64,000 nt of DNA from the human T2T-CHM13v2.0 reference genome, Homo sapiens. The notes beneath the pieces are model-generated. The model ran no database searches, was not told the origin of the DNA, and saw only the letters and a list, made by a program, of their open reading frames with translations. Position numbers and translations under genes: made by a program. Of this stretch, positions 14,612-30,344 are shown one piece after another (within the stretch, counting starts at the first letter, position 1; each line of letters begins with the position of its first letter). Location: NCBI RefSeq assembly GCF_009914755.1, contig NC_060926.1; one strand, given 5' to 3'.

Positions 14612-16431
14612 TAATTTCAATGCATGGGAAAACAGAGGAAATTTATTTAGTTATCAATCCTTTCCTGGGTAGGGTTAGCCTTATCAGCCGGAAAACACTT
14701 ACTTTTAGATAAATAAAAATAGATTAGGATATTTCTAAACTTCAAAAAAGACACATGCCCATTTTTGCTGAGACCTCAAAAGCTGCAAGTGCATTTGCTT
14801 TTCCTTTCTTCTTTAAATGAAGTATTATATAGCATAAGCCAGATGGTTGCCTTGTCTTTAACTTCATTTGCAAATTTATTAGTGACTCCACCCCCCGAAA
14901 AAAAGAGAGAGAGAACCCCATCACAGAAAATTTGCATTTCATTAAAAATTTAAGGCAAAAAGTAAAAGTAAGTTCCATACATAGGTCAAACAAAGGTGAA
15001 GTCAGAAGGCTTTGCCCCCTCCCCTCCTACAGGGCAGGAGGTACAATCTGGGGCTGAGGCCACTCCACTGCCTGGCATCAAATCCCACTCTTCTGCTTTC
15101 AGCTCCTGTGGCCACCACAGTCCTCTGTGGGATCGCAGGAGATGCTTAGTAATCCAAGGCAAGATTAGTTGTGGTAAAAATGGCCCATAAAATAAAAGCA
15201 CATTTTTCCACTTACAGAACCTAAAACTCATTTTAGTAAGAGTTCACAGCAAAATTTTAATGTGAGAAGAGTTTGAAACTGAATTTATATTATTCTTAAA
15301 AAATGTCACCCAGACTCAGTGACTTTTATTTTTCATTTCCCTAAAAGTTTCCCAAATATGAATTAAATTGTCAAGGATAAGAAATGGATTAGCCAGATAG
15401 TAACCTACCTAGCGATTTCTCTTTCAAAACCTTTGAGCAACCTACCAGTATTATTTTCAAAGCCTCTAATTCTACATAATTTATGCCTGATAAATTTAAT
15501 TTAGAAGTCCAAAGTATCACGAAGTCATTCAACTTTTTTTTTAAGTCTCACATGACGGCGCAGAGCCCTGGCATGGGGGGGAAGCTGCCTGCAGAGTCGC
15601 GGCTGTGCCCCGTGCATTCCACCGGAGGCCACGCAGTGCTTCTTCATTCCTGCCTTCCTTCGTCACCTCTCTCTTTTAAGAAAAAGAATAAGCTTAAAAT
15701 ATCACATTACCAAACCTCTCATTATGTTTTAAGAGATTCCTTCTGGAAGCGCTCTTTGACTGCACAAGGTAATTAAACTCTCCAGCAAAATCAGCTACCT
15801 ATAATTTGGCGTCCATTACTGTTTACAGTTTCACTATGGATTGTAGTCATTTGACATACTTTAAGAAAACCCTTCAAATACTGAGATGTTTATTGCATTT
15901 TAAAAATATCCACACTCTTAAATATCCTGTTTCAAATTCCTCCTAAAATCCTTTACAGCACACAACATCAACTACTGCAGTAGCGTTCTCACAATATTAC
16001 ACTTGAAAATACCATTTAGGAACAATATTTTAGGAAATAGAGGGTTTAAGGCAAGACATTCATTTGGAAAAGTTAATTTCTCTCTATCATCCAGATTGAC
16101 ACGATTATTTTTCCACCTCTTCAGTGCCTTGGGATACGCAACATACATTCAGCAACAGGGCACGCGTGTGACCCTACGGACAAGTGCTGAGGTTGGGAGT
16201 GCCCACTGAAATATGGAAATATTCTTACATAAGGCGTGGCCCACGGGGACATGGCATGGGAGGGCTTGTTTCACTCCATTTCCAATCTGGTGTACAGGAA
16301 ATTCCTTATCTATAACTGTCCATTTCCCCCCAGTTAACTGCTTTTCCAACAAACTCAAACCCCTTGAAAAGGTGCTAAGATTGGTTTCTGTTAACATCAA
16401 AAAAAAAAAACAGCCCTCAGAGCCTTCCCGA

Positions 16432-16657
16432 TCACTGCTTTAGTGATGAATGTCTCGAGGCTATTTCTTGATTCTGATTGCAAACATTGTTTGTTGTAGA
16501 AAAACTGTTCTGTCCCAAAGAATTTTCTCCTTCATCAAACTTTTTGGATTGTGAGAGCTGAATGTTTTCATGTGTATTCTTTCTTCTTTGAGTTTTTTTC
16601 ACTGGCAACAACAATAATACTAAGATACCAAGAATGTGCAGGCAATAATACCAGGAG
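16432..16657 (-). CDS. MBOAT2: MBOAT2 terminal coding exon (likely exon 13), SWYYCLHILG...RHSSLKQ*
   Basis: cttttag|CTCCTGG; stop at 16432-16434; ORF 16432..16728 matches the MBOAT2 C-terminus. Confidence 0.97.
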
Positions 16658-17642
16658 CTAAAAGAAAAAGGGAAAAAGTTTATTAAAACTTGATAATTAA
16701 TAATCCTTAATAACTGCACACTTGTCAAAATGTCACATGGCCCACCTTAGGATGTATTTGTTTACTACATTACTACATTATTCTTTTATTTTTCCCCCTC
16801 AGGAGAAGAAACCTGACAGTGTAGGCCAGTGGGTATTTATAGCACTGGATAAATCCAGGCTAATTAGAAGCCTGATTTTCTAGATAGCATATTACATTCC
16901 TTTGTAAGGGTCAGAAGGCCATGGTTAAACAGAATAAAAACAAAAATGTACATATTAATACCGGTAGCAATCTGAAAATCTCCCCAATCCAGATAATCAA
17001 AAGTTGAGTCAACAAAGAAAATGTGGAGATAGTTAAGACTTTTACCAGTCTGGCCTCACCTGCTATTTACTGTCTCTAAGTTACAAATATTCTAACGGAG
17101 GGGAGTGACAGAGAAGCAATATTGCTTCTTGATGGTTACTTTCATGAAGCAAAGAAAGGCCACATTATTAAAAATATTGAAAACATCATTTCTCAAATTA
17201 TATAAACCAAATGTAACCTAAACTGTATCTATAACTGTAAGTTCAAGTGATTCTGAACAAAGTTCCTGGGATAGAAAATCTAACCCACAGCCCAATCACA
17301 TTTTTAAACATGTACTAATTTTGTTAAAATGGAAACTGTAGCAGGACTTATTTAATGTCTTCCTGTATAATTATTGTCATATTTGATTCAATAATTTTTT
17401 TACGACTCTGTGCTAAGTCATTCTAAATGCTAGAGTAATAAAGAATTTATAAAAGAATAAAGTTTTTGATCTCTAAAATATCACCATCTAATATGGGGAA
17501 GTGGAATTTGGTGGGCAGGGAGAGGAGATAAGTAGATTATAAAAATACAGAATTCGAGACAAGACAATTTCTATAATATACAGATCACCACAGTATCAAT
17601 CAAACATAAAAGACACAGTGAAAAGGAACAAATAAAATATAA

Positions 17643-17954
<312 letters not shown>

Positions 17955-17977
17955 GATAATTAATAATTCTTTGTAAA

Positions 17978-18119
17978 TAGCTGGTTTTTTCCCCAAAGAA
18001 GTTCAGGACAATTAAGCTAACAAGTTTTTTGTTAAATTTAGGAGAGGTTAGCTGGTTTTTTCCCCAAAGAAGTTCAGGACAATTAAGCTAACAAGTTTTT
18101 TGTTAAATTTAGGAGAGGT
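17978..18119. repeat. Perfect 71-bp tandem duplication
   Basis: 17978-18048 is identical to 18049-18119. Confidence 0.95.
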
Positions 18120-18365
18120 TTGAGGCAGTGGTTACCTGGCTGATATTTCTCTGTCTAAATCACTCATCTGAGGGTTGAGCAGTATGAGTCATTCCACAGA
18201 GAAACGCTGAGACTTGCTTGGTTCAGAATTAAAAAGTAACTGATAATGCATTTATCAGCAGGAAATGTGGCTATGGTACTGTTTTTCTATTCTATCCAAT
18301 AGCAAGAAACTTTCTTTTGAAAATAGAGTTATTCCCACTGACAAAGTTTTAAGAGTAACACTTAC

Positions 18366-18517
18366 CTGTAAAACGTGAGTGATGGTTTTATAGAAAGAAG
18401 CACAAATGGCACAACTGTGTAACTTATTGCTACTTGAGTTACTATCCATGTTATAACATCATAAAATAATTTCAGTTGGGAAGGTTCAATGAAATAATGT
18501 CTAAAGTTATTTCTCAT
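18366..18517 (-). CDS. MBOAT2: MBOAT2 coding exon (likely exon 12), 152 bp, MRNNFRHYFIEPSQLK...SIKPSLTFY(S)
   Basis: tttcag|ATGAGAAAT...TTTTACAG|gtaagt; phase consistent with flanking exons. Confidence 0.97.
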
Positions 18518-20342
18518 CTGAAATAAAGAAACAAAAACATTTGCTGTATCTTTAAATTAACATTACTTATGCAGTTACACTGGTGATATCAACTGTTGGA
18601 AGGATGTGGAGTAGAGTAACTGAAACTCTCCTAAGTTGCTAGTGGGAATGTACACTGCTACTATGGATAAAGTTCGTTCTAAAAAAGCGAATACACATTG
18701 TACACACTGTGTATAAAAGACAGAGAGAGGGGAGATGAGGAAGTAACAGGGAAAACATAAATGACTGGTGAGTCTGGGTAAAGGGCATATAGAAGTTCTT
18801 TGCAACTTTTCTGTAGATTAGATTCTGTATTAAAATAAAAGTTTCCAAAAAAAAAAGAAAAGTTTAAGACAACACTGCCTAGAGATCCTTAAATCATATT
18901 TGGTAAAATATAGTATATAAATAAAGTTTGGTTTACCTTCATCCTTAACTCTTATTTAACCTCTGCATTTGTGAAAGACAAACTTGGCTTTGCTAATATG
19001 CAAGTGCATGGTGTATTTGGGGAATGACAAGTAAATCTAATGGAAGCAGAGAATTCATGTATGCATAGATACCTGGTAATTCTAGAGAGGTAAATGGGGG
19101 AAGGGAGGAGGGCAGTGGTAGAACTTGAACACCAGGTAGGGAAGAAGCCTATCCTATTCTGTCTGCTATGGGAGGGAGTTAGGTACAGTTTTTAAGCGCA
19201 AGAATGGAATGCCAAAAGCCCGTACCTCAGGACAAATGGATTTGTCATTGGTGAACAGGATGGAATCAAGAGCAGGTGACTGCCATGGTGGTGAGCTAGG
19301 CAAGAGATAGCAGAGCCTAGCCACTAAGAATTATGGGTTTTGCTAATGTCCTTCCGATGCTTAGAATGTCATTTTCTTCCCCATTATACTTCACTCACTA
19401 TTGAAATAACTTTCATCTCTCAAAGTCCAGATCCAAACACCTTCCTAATGGGGCCATCTCTAATTAACCCAACCCAAAGAGACTTCTTCCATCTCTAAAC
19501 ACCTATGCTACTTAGTATTTATAACACCCACAGAATCTGTCTTATGCACACACACACATGCATAAGGTATGTACACACATATACACCTTATCCCAAATTA
19601 GACTACAAACTACTGGAAGCTACCCTTAGTTAATACTTCTTGAAATTTCCCTCATATATCCCCAAAGTTCCTCAAAATGGAATACAGTAAATATCTGCTA
19701 GTTTGTTAAATGAAGCCCTCTTACCTGTAAGTGCCATTACCAGCTTGTTCAAACATGGTTTTTGTCACGTCACTTTCCTCTAACTGGTTTTCAAGGGCTT
19801 ACCCTAAATTATCCTTCTCCTTATTTCTTTCATGTCACCAACCTAATTTCTCAATTGTTTCCCCAAAATATTACTCTATGTTCTGTCTAGGCAAATACTC
19901 TAAAGAACTGTGTCCTCTTCCAGTGTGGCTCATCCACTGTCTTGGCCTCGCACAGCCTAGTCTTCATCTGAGAGAGGACTCAAAGGTTACAGCTTTCAGG
20001 AAACATTTCTAAAATAAACCTACCCATTCTGATCATCTTTATTTAACTCAGTTTTTATCTCTCCTTCAGAAAATTCTGTAAAGACAAAGTAACATTTTGT
20101 GAGTGCCTCCTACCTGCCGGGCACATAGAAACGTGTTTTCTCCTCACAGGAACTGGGCATGGAGCCTAGCCCGTGGTGAGCGCTCAGCAAACATGCACGC
20201 AGTACACACCTCGCTTCTAGTGGAAAGGACAATACTGACCACGACCAAGGAAAGAGGGTCTACCTTGTAAGAGAGATGTACTCAGCCTTTTTAACAGTTC
20301 AAGTGGACCATTGAATTGTAAAATAAAATTCTTGATACTTAC

Positions 20343-20475
20343 AGCTCTTGCTGCTAATGTCATTAACACCCCTGTTAGAAACGTTAGATAATATCCTGGG
20401 TATACCCCGTGCCAAATGGCAGAGAGAATGAACGTCTGGATAGTTGGACTGAAGGAGGTTCGTTCATAACACACC
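20343..20475 (-). CDS. MBOAT2: MBOAT2 coding exon (likely exon 11), 133 bp, containing the catalytic His (SAIWHGVYPGYY)
   Basis: tttctag|GGTGTGT...AGAGCT|gtaagt; MBOAT active-site WHG motif. Confidence 0.98.
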
Positions 20476-21922
20476 CTAGAAACCATGAAAAACATGGAGA
20501 GCCAAGTGGAGTGAGTGACCCGAGTTTACAAAGCCTGCAATGATCATTCTTTTATTACCTGACAGGATTTAGGGTAACTAGAAAAACAAATACAACTTAT
20601 CTTAGGCAATCACTTCTCTATGATCTCAGGGAGGCTATAGCTATTAAGTGTCAAATTTAGGAACATAAAGTTAATTCTCATCTTCTTATTGGTATATATA
20701 GTATATATATTGGTATATATAGTAACTTAAATGATCATTTCTAGTATTTGGGAGTCTATACAATTTACAAAAAGAGTAAGGTTGCTTTTATCCTACATTA
20801 TTTTATTTAAAAAAAATCAATAACTTTCAACTGACCTAATAACACTACTCCTTCCGGCAGATAGACTGTGCTTAGTCTACAATTCTTCTATGACAGGGAT
20901 AGAGAACTCAGCTGAAAATAAAGTTTCCCTAAGGTATCAAATTTAAATTATAACAATAACAAAAAATAACACAACAGATTAGCTCAGAGGATCTGCAGCC
21001 ACTGGGGAGACTGCCAGGCACTGTGAAGAGATGACAGCGTATGCTAGCCATCTCAAGGGATAAAGATGTTTAATTTGTCATTTAAAAAAGGACACTATAA
21101 AAAAAGGCTGCTTATCACCGTATCGTTATAGGGGCCGTTTTTTATGAAGTAAATTCAAGATAGGGCAATGTGCTCACAGGGACGATAAGAGAACCCCTGG
21201 GAGAGTGTGCTGTTCCCCAGCTCTGTCCTTCGCACCTGTTACTCCACCCAGCCTGGCTTGCCTCTACCTTGCCCTGTTCACGAGACACGCTCCTGACACA
21301 AACCTCAGCTCAAGCACCCACACTTGTAGGAAGTTCTTCCCGCATCCCTCTGTGCCCTCGCTGTTCCTGCTTTCTCTCTCCTCATCCTCACCACAGGGAA
21401 CAGCATGTGTCTGATTACACCACCGTGTCTTTAATAAAATTGTGAACTCTTTCACTTTCAGGAGCTGAGTCTTTTTATCTTACTCATGTTTGTTTCCCTT
21501 GCCTAACAAATAAAGATTTGTTGAATTGAAATATTTAAAACCAGGACTGTTCTGGAGTACCCAGGCATAAGTACTGTGCTTGTGCAGGCACTTGTTAATT
21601 TAAACCACATCTCTACTGAACACAATCAGGAGCTGCAAAGGAGGATACTGGTGACCTCTGACATTGGCAGAGGCCTTTAAAGGAGGCTTGAGAGGGCAGG
21701 ATAGCTGCACCTGCAGGATAGCTGCATTCGTGACTCAAGCCAAAATAGTTCTCATTCGATACTGACTTGCTTAGGAGGAGGCTAACAGTGTTTCCCGGCT
21801 GACACTGAGGTCACAATGTCACTCAACACCGTTAATTTAATCAAGAACCTGAACTCAATGAAGCTCAACCTCGAGAACTAGACGCCAAAGCACATCTAAA
21901 GATCGTTTTTGAAGGAACGCAC

Positions 21923-21987
21923 CTTTTGAGCCAAAGAGCTGTCTGAATATTCCAATTATCAAGAAACATCTTGAAACTTGTTGACAT
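21923..21987 (-). CDS. MBOAT2: MBOAT2 coding exon (likely exon 10), 65 bp, MSTSFKMFLDNWNIQTALWLK(R)
   Basis: ttttcag|ATGTCAACA...CTCAAAAG|gtgcgt; conserved MBOAT 'WN' motif. Confidence 0.97.
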
Positions 21988-23422
21988 CTGAAAAAAAAGG
22001 AAACTTTTTTCTTTGTGTCACAAAATAATGAAGCTTTAAATATAATAATATATTATTATGCTAAAAAATAAAAACAAAAATTACTTAACATCGATGGTAG
22101 TATAGTGATTTCTCTTTCCTTAATCTTGTTTTTCTAATGTGGTAACATCATTCTACGTAAGACAAGTTTATTTATTGTTGGGAACATCTATGAGGTGATG
22201 GATTATCACCATTTTCTCTTGTATGTTAACATTTACAAGGGATGTCATGGATTTCTTCCAAAGACATTCCTGAGAATGTGTACAAATGCCTTTTGATGGC
22301 CTCCCTCTCACACTGAAAACTGGGGCGCCCACCTTGTTACCTCCTTCCCGCCAAGCTCCGCCATGGTCCTGGGTGAAGCAGACATCCACCGCGACATCCT
22401 GCCCTGCCATCGTCTCTCGGTGCCCTGGCTACTCTCAATTCTGGCGCTGCCTGGCTGTGCTGCCCCTGAAAGAGTGGATCTGCACACCCAGGTCTCACAG
22501 GGCATCCCACCTTCCCAGCTTCCTCTCTCAAGTTACTCCCACTAAAGCTATTCTTTGATCTCAGAGGGGGCCTTTCATCTCCCACCCTGTCTACTTTTAT
22601 CCTATGTAACTCTCTCCTCCTCTGGTCTTCACTTCTGACCATTTTAGATTTTGTGTTCCCTTATGTAAATTACTACTCTTATGTCAGAATCTTCAATGCT
22701 TCTGTTTCTTTTTCCTTTCCATTCACCTCCCTATCAAAACCCTAATTCCAGATCAAACACACCGTCCACTTTCCCCACTGGTAACATTTGTGCGCTGAGT
22801 GCAGAGTATCACCACATTTCAGACCTTTGTCTTAAGTTCATGGTTCTCCACCACGACTGAGCCCTCACCTACAATCCTGTTTTCCTAGACAGTTCATTCT
22901 CCTCTTCCTGAAAAAAGCTACTGGACTGAACCATTTGAAATTTTCTTTTCTCTTTTTTTTCAAAATAAAGTCAAGAAGAGGTAAGTGTCAGCAATTTCGC
23001 ATGATTCAACCTAATACCCCATCTATATCTCTGGTCCTATCACCTCCTTTCTCCCTCACAACAGGTAAGTTGGCCTCCTACTTTACAGAGATGATATAAA
23101 ATCATCAGACTCCAAATTCTCATCATCGAACTACACACTCAGCTGCACACACACTTATCCTGCCCTCCTTCCTGTCTTTATAACAGGAGAAGTGGTCCTT
23201 CTCCTTTAGGGCCAATGTCTCCACTTCCATCTTCTCCGGGACTTCAATCAATAGGTCTCTCTCCTTCAACTGTAGGAGAAGCTTCACACTCTCCCCTCCA
23301 AATAATCTCCTAATCACTAAATATGTTTTACTCTCTCCATTTTAAAACAAAATTAAACAAACAGCTCCCCTCAATTCCCTGTTCCCCTCAGCTACTGCCC
23401 TATTTCTACCCTCTTCCCTTTA

Positions 23423-23849
<427 letters not shown>

Positions 23850-23934
23850 TTACTTGGTATCTCAGTGGCACTTAGCATTGATGACCATTTTTTCCTTCAG
23901 AAAAATTAACTCCTTTCTTTACTTTTTCTCATGC

Positions 23935-24168
23935 CATGCACTCTCAGCAGGGGTGATATCGCCCCCAGGAGATGAAAATTCGTTCTTAAGGGGCAAAAAT
24001 ATCTTTTTTTATGTATAAAGAACATATATACATACAGTAGTGTATCAATAGGTATACAGATACACAGTGTATCTGTGGTATTAAAATTTCAGGGGGGAAA
24101 TTATTAGGAAAAGAGTGTCTCAAAAGTCCTCTTAAGGTGTTAATAATAAACAAAGGTGAGAAACACTG
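23935..24168. mobile_element. hAT-Charlie-type MITE fragment
   Basis: Ends in gagaaacactg (hAT TIR-like); nested in an L2. Confidence 0.5.
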
Positions 24169-24809
24169 CTATATCCATCATTCAACTTCAACAATGATCA
24201 ATTTTTCCCTCTCCTTCTCCATTTTTATTGCCAACATTGTTGTTAAGAATATTTCAAAGCAAATACCAGACTTATTTCACCTGCAATTAGTTCAGAATAT
24301 ATGTCCAATAAATAAAGACTTTTTAAAAGACCATGATCAAACAAAATTAATAATTCCTCAACATTATCTAATCCCCCTTTGTATTCAAATATTCCTGATT
24401 GTTTAGAAAAGTCTTTTCCAGTTGGTTTGGTCAATCAGCATCCCAAAAAAGTTCATACAGTGCATTTGGCCAAAGCCTCTTTTAATCTGTAACAGCTTGG
24501 GTCATATGTCCCATAGAACTTCTCACTTTTGATCTGATCTGGTGTTTAACTTACCCTCTATACTCCACATCCCCTCTAAATTTGTAAGTATCTAGAAATC
24601 CGATTCAGATTTGGTTATCTCAGCACACTTCAGTGATGGCCTGCATTTCTTATGGCATCCCGTCTCGGGCACTTACTGCCTGACTGCCCACTTTTAGCAA
24701 TATTAGGGCTCATCAGAGGATCCAGCTTGGCCTCTTCACCTCAAGTTTTAGTAATCTCTTCTATTTGGAATGTTGGAATGATCCTTTTCGCAGGCTAGCA
24801 AAACAATGG

Positions 24810-25100
<291 letters not shown>

Positions 25101-26198
25101 TGAATTCCTTTGCCCAGCCTCTCAGTACTGGTGCTCTTTTAGAGACTCTCACCTCTTCTGATTCTCTCCTCCAGGGCCTGAACTGCCACGTGCTGATAGT
25201 TCCCAGATTTCACTCTCAAGCTCGGGTGCCTCTGCTGAGTGTCTGACCATGATCTGCCTCGTGGACAACTCACTAAGTCTGTGATTTGAAGATATTATCT
25301 GTCCCTTCAAACTCATATCTATTCTCTGTTCCTTATCTAAGTGGAAGCTATCACCATAAACCTAGATGTTTAAACCAGATTTCTGGGCCTGATTCATAAC
25401 TCATTCTCTCTTGCTGATCCCAATTTATCACCAAATTCTGTTGAGTCTCTTACACATCTCTCCAATATATTTATATGTTTCTAGCCCCACTGGCAGTATA
25501 TGGTTTAGGTCACCATTATCTTGGATTAACAAAACATCCTCCTAACAGAGCTCTCTGCCTCTTGAGGGAAATACATTCTACATGCCAGATCCTTCTAAAA
25601 CACCTATATGATCACCTCACTTGGCTACACATATAATCCATCCGCAGTGCCCCATTGCTCTTATAAGAAAGATCAAAACTCTTAATATGGCCTGTAAGAG
25701 TGTGGCTGCCTGGCCTCCACTTCCCCAACCTCATCCTTCATGACTCCCTAAACTATGAAGCAACATGAGCTGCACAGCTCTCGGCTCCCAGGCTGCTCCC
25801 TCTACTTGGAGTGTCCGGTTGTCTCTTACTTCTTTGGGACTCAGCTTAAGCATCATTTTCTTTAGGACTCTCTTCCCCCAAACACCTCAACTAACCTGGA
25901 TTCCTATTTCATGAATACCCACATGCCTTACCCCTCTCTGATCACCACCTGTTTTACCTTATTCTGTAACCTCTAGGAAACTAAAGCTCCATGAGGGCCT
26001 GAATTGCACCTATCTTATTCCTTGTCTCCAGTGCCCAGGGCACATAGTTGACGACCAATATGTATTGGTTAAATGAAAGAATGAGTGTTAATATTAAAAA
26101 ACCTTCAATACCACTCCTAGGACATCACACCATAACTTATGAAAGCAAACTATGGTACTTAAAGTATATAGTAACTAACTTCTTAAAGATTGACTCAC

Positions 26199-26302
26199 CT
26201 CTATTTGTTGAATTCTCAAATTGGAAATTAAGTCCCAGCGAGCTGCTCCATTTTCGTCATACCCTCTGAAACCAAAGCCTGCAGCATTATTAATGGCATC
26301 AG
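26199..26302 (-). CDS. MBOAT2: MBOAT2 coding exon (likely exon 9), 104 bp, ADAINNAAGFGFRGYDENGAARWDLISNLRIQQIE
   Basis: ttctatag|CTGATGCC...ATAGAG|gtgagt; not in the ORF track, read directly from the sequence. Confidence 0.97.
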
Positions 26303-26814
26303 CTATAGAAAACAACATTAGAAAAAAGTATTAAGAATCTCCATAACAATTTACCATATTCTCCCAGAAGGTATGTGTTATTATATCTTTTATTCTTAAA
26401 CAGTAAAAGTAGATTTATTCTGATTTTTAAGTCAGAAACAACATCGCATACAATGAAAATAACATATCTAGGACAATTTGGTTAGTCAGTAATACATGAG
26501 ACATCATGCATGAGTTGGGGGCGGGTAGAGTTTAAAAGCTGCTGAGGACCAATAGGTGAAGGTGAAGACTCGAACAGGAAACGCTCCCCAACATTAGCTG
26601 TGCCACTGGAACACAGCAGAGTACGCTCAACCAGCTGCCAAGAAGTTGCTAAGGGGATGTTTTTGCTCTGGGAGCACCATGTTCTTTTTAATCATATATT
26701 TGAAGTGTCCTATAAACAATAATATATAAGTGAGGCATAATATTTTCCTTCCATTTTTTTTCTTTCTTGGTTCACCAGAACCTACTCTGTGTATATGTCT
26801 CTAGAATTTTTAAA

Positions 26815-27097
26815 AAATAGAGACAGGGTCTCCCTGTGTCACTGCCCAGGCTGGAGTGGCAGGATTATAGCTCACTGCAGCCTTGAACTCTTGGGCTCAA
26901 GCAATCCTCCTGTCTCAGCCTCCTGAGTAGCTGGGACTGCAGGTGCACATCATCATGCCTATTTTTTTTTTTTTTTTTTTGTAGAGATGGGGGTCCCACT
27001 ATGTTGCCAAGGTGGTCTCGAACTCCTGGCCTCAGGCCATCTTCCCACCTTGGCCTCCCTAAGTGCTGGCATTTCAGGCAAGAGCTACCGCACCCGA
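26815..27097 (-). mobile_element. AluJ
   Basis: Antisense dimer with an expanded middle A tract. Confidence 0.88.
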
Positions 27098-28755
27098 CCC
27101 AGAATTTGTTTTCTAATCCTTTTCACCACAATGCTCAATTAGTTATTTTTGCTTTATGTACATGCTTAAGCTGCAAAAAAAATTTCTGCCTCAAATAAGC
27201 CCTTTTCCAATCAACTGGAAAATTGTTCATGCTATTTGTATCATGACCAAAGAAAAAACAAACAAATCCATCAAAGCCCAGCAAAATAATATACCTATAC
27301 AGACATGTATCCTTAAATTGTTTTATTGTTTATTAGTGCTTTTTAGTACATCAAACAAAATCCTTTAAAAATTACACTTTGGGGGAAAAGAATAAACAAG
27401 ATTTACTCCTCTGTCAGGTTTAATGAGGTCAGCCGCCTTTGTTCAATTCACATAAATATGAGCCTCTAAGGTAAGCCTGCTAGCATAGTAACATATTCAA
27501 CAGAATTAAAAATCTATTAACCGCATGGGCAGCATACCCATAGAAATGGCTGCTGGGGAACTCCTTCCCTCCCTCATGGTTGCCAACACTTCTGATTTGT
27601 TCATGTATTCATCCTCTCCATCTTTTTTAGCCTACTGTGATCTAAGAGCAATGAAACTCCTAACCAACTTCACAAGTGACAACAAGATTGGCCCAGGGTA
27701 TGGTCAACAGCAACGAAACAAGAAGAGAACTGGGGATATCAAACTGCAGGAGTCCACCTTCCATGTTCCCCTGCCCCCCAGTCTCCCACCACAGACCCTG
27801 CCTAATCTTTACCTCAGGTAATGTAAATCCTGAGAGAGCTTCCAAGTTGTCATTATATAGAGATATTCCAAATAACTGACCATTAACATCAATTTAAACT
27901 TTAATCTGTCCCTACATGGACTAAATGTTTTTCAAACTTGAGTTAAAGGGAAAAAAAGTGCTCAGATCCCAGTAAATCATTTTTTTGAGGTGATAAGGAG
28001 AAAAGGGCAGGGCCACAGGGCTGTGGAGATGAGAAGCCTGATTCCCATTTTGAGAAGCCTGAATTAAGGAATTAAATATAGTCTGCCTAGCCACTAGTAT
28101 CCATGAAATTATAATTTGAAAAATGTACATGTGGATACAAAAATCAGAAAGTAACTGTCCATATGATCCAGAATACATTCATACTATTTTTATAAATTAT
28201 TAGTAAAATACAAAAACAAAGTTAAAGAATTTTGGAACTCTTGGACTTCCCAAAAAACAGATTTTTGGACCTCCAGAGATCATTAAACTCCAATTTTACA
28301 ACCAAATGGACAATTACAAAAAGGTGACAGGGGTGGAGATGAACGTGGGCACATGCATGCTGAGCCTCAGCTGGCTTCTCCACTGACAGAGTTGAAACCT
28401 GAACCTCAGCGCTGAACCATTACCAGGAACTCAACCATTACTTGTGTTAAGACAGTACAGACATAGTACAAGTATTTATTGCATGGAATAACTTTATTGC
28501 CTTACAGCTAAAAATTCTTTAAATTCTTTAAATATAGTTCAATTTCAAATTGTCATTCATATATATTCTAATATGATTATTTCTTTAAGGAAGAATCAGG
28601 GAAAAGGAATTAACTCACCTTTGGTTTGTAAATATGTAAAAATGCACAAGATTCATTTTTCAAACCAAATATTGGGGTCGGAGGATCAGAAGTACCCTAA
28701 GAATCATTTTAATTGTCATAATTGCAAATAAAAAATTAATGATAAATTTGGTTGA

Positions 28756-29093
<338 letters not shown>

Positions 29094-30002
29094 TGATTTT
29101 TCTCAAAAGCCTTATAAATTCAAGGACCTCGTTCTATTGATAAGATTTCCAACAACTAGATGTCCAACCGAATCCAAAAACATGCAGAACTCTCATATTC
29201 TATGAATCTAGCGATTCAACCAACAGGTCAGAATTCTTACAAAACCCTAAAAATACCAGGTTTGTTTAGGAAAGTTCTCAGTCTCAATTTAAAGTCAGAA
29301 TTTAAGTAGTACAGGAATTTAATTCGGTATTATTGATGTCTAAATTTGGCTACAATAAAAATGTTCAATCCTTAAAGAAATCTTAGATTAAAATCCATAA
29401 GGTAACATATTTTAATTGGCCATTAACTCACTAGGTTACAGCAACTTTTAATGATGCTATTGTGCACAGCTGTATGATGAAAGACTGAAAATAATGAATC
29501 CAGCCCCAAACTGTATTTCACTGTAATCAAAATAAAACCGACAGTAAAATGCTAATCCTTAGAGGCCTAATTATTGGCTGATGTGTTTCTTTGTGCATTC
29601 ATTCAAATATTTGTTGAGTAACAAATATAAACAAGGCAAGCAGAACACAATCTTAAGAATAAAGGAGTTTATAATCTTGTGGGTGAGATAAAAAGACAAT
29701 ACATATATAAAAGAGGTTTCAATTTATCCAATGAAGCATTCTCTCTACTTTAGTCCAACCTTCAAAACGTGGCCAGAATCATCTTCTTCTGCCACAGGAT
29801 CAGGCCATCAGCCTGCCTGAAGCCTTTTGTGGCTAATTCAGCAGAGCAGGCAAGGTCCTGTGAAAGCCCATTTCACCTGACCAGGTCCCTCCTTCCCACA
29901 TGCCCCTGCTAACATCTGCCACGCAAAGCGAGGTACCTCCATGTCTCTTTGCTCATGAGTGCAAAACTAGCCATTTTCCACTTGCTGAAATCACATTCCA
30001 TC

Positions 30003-30344
<342 letters not shown>

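Noticed and set aside
20687-20724. Short duplication tattggtatatatagta, and a 13-bp direct repeat at about 21698-21727
   Set aside because: Short slippage-type repeats, unremarkable.
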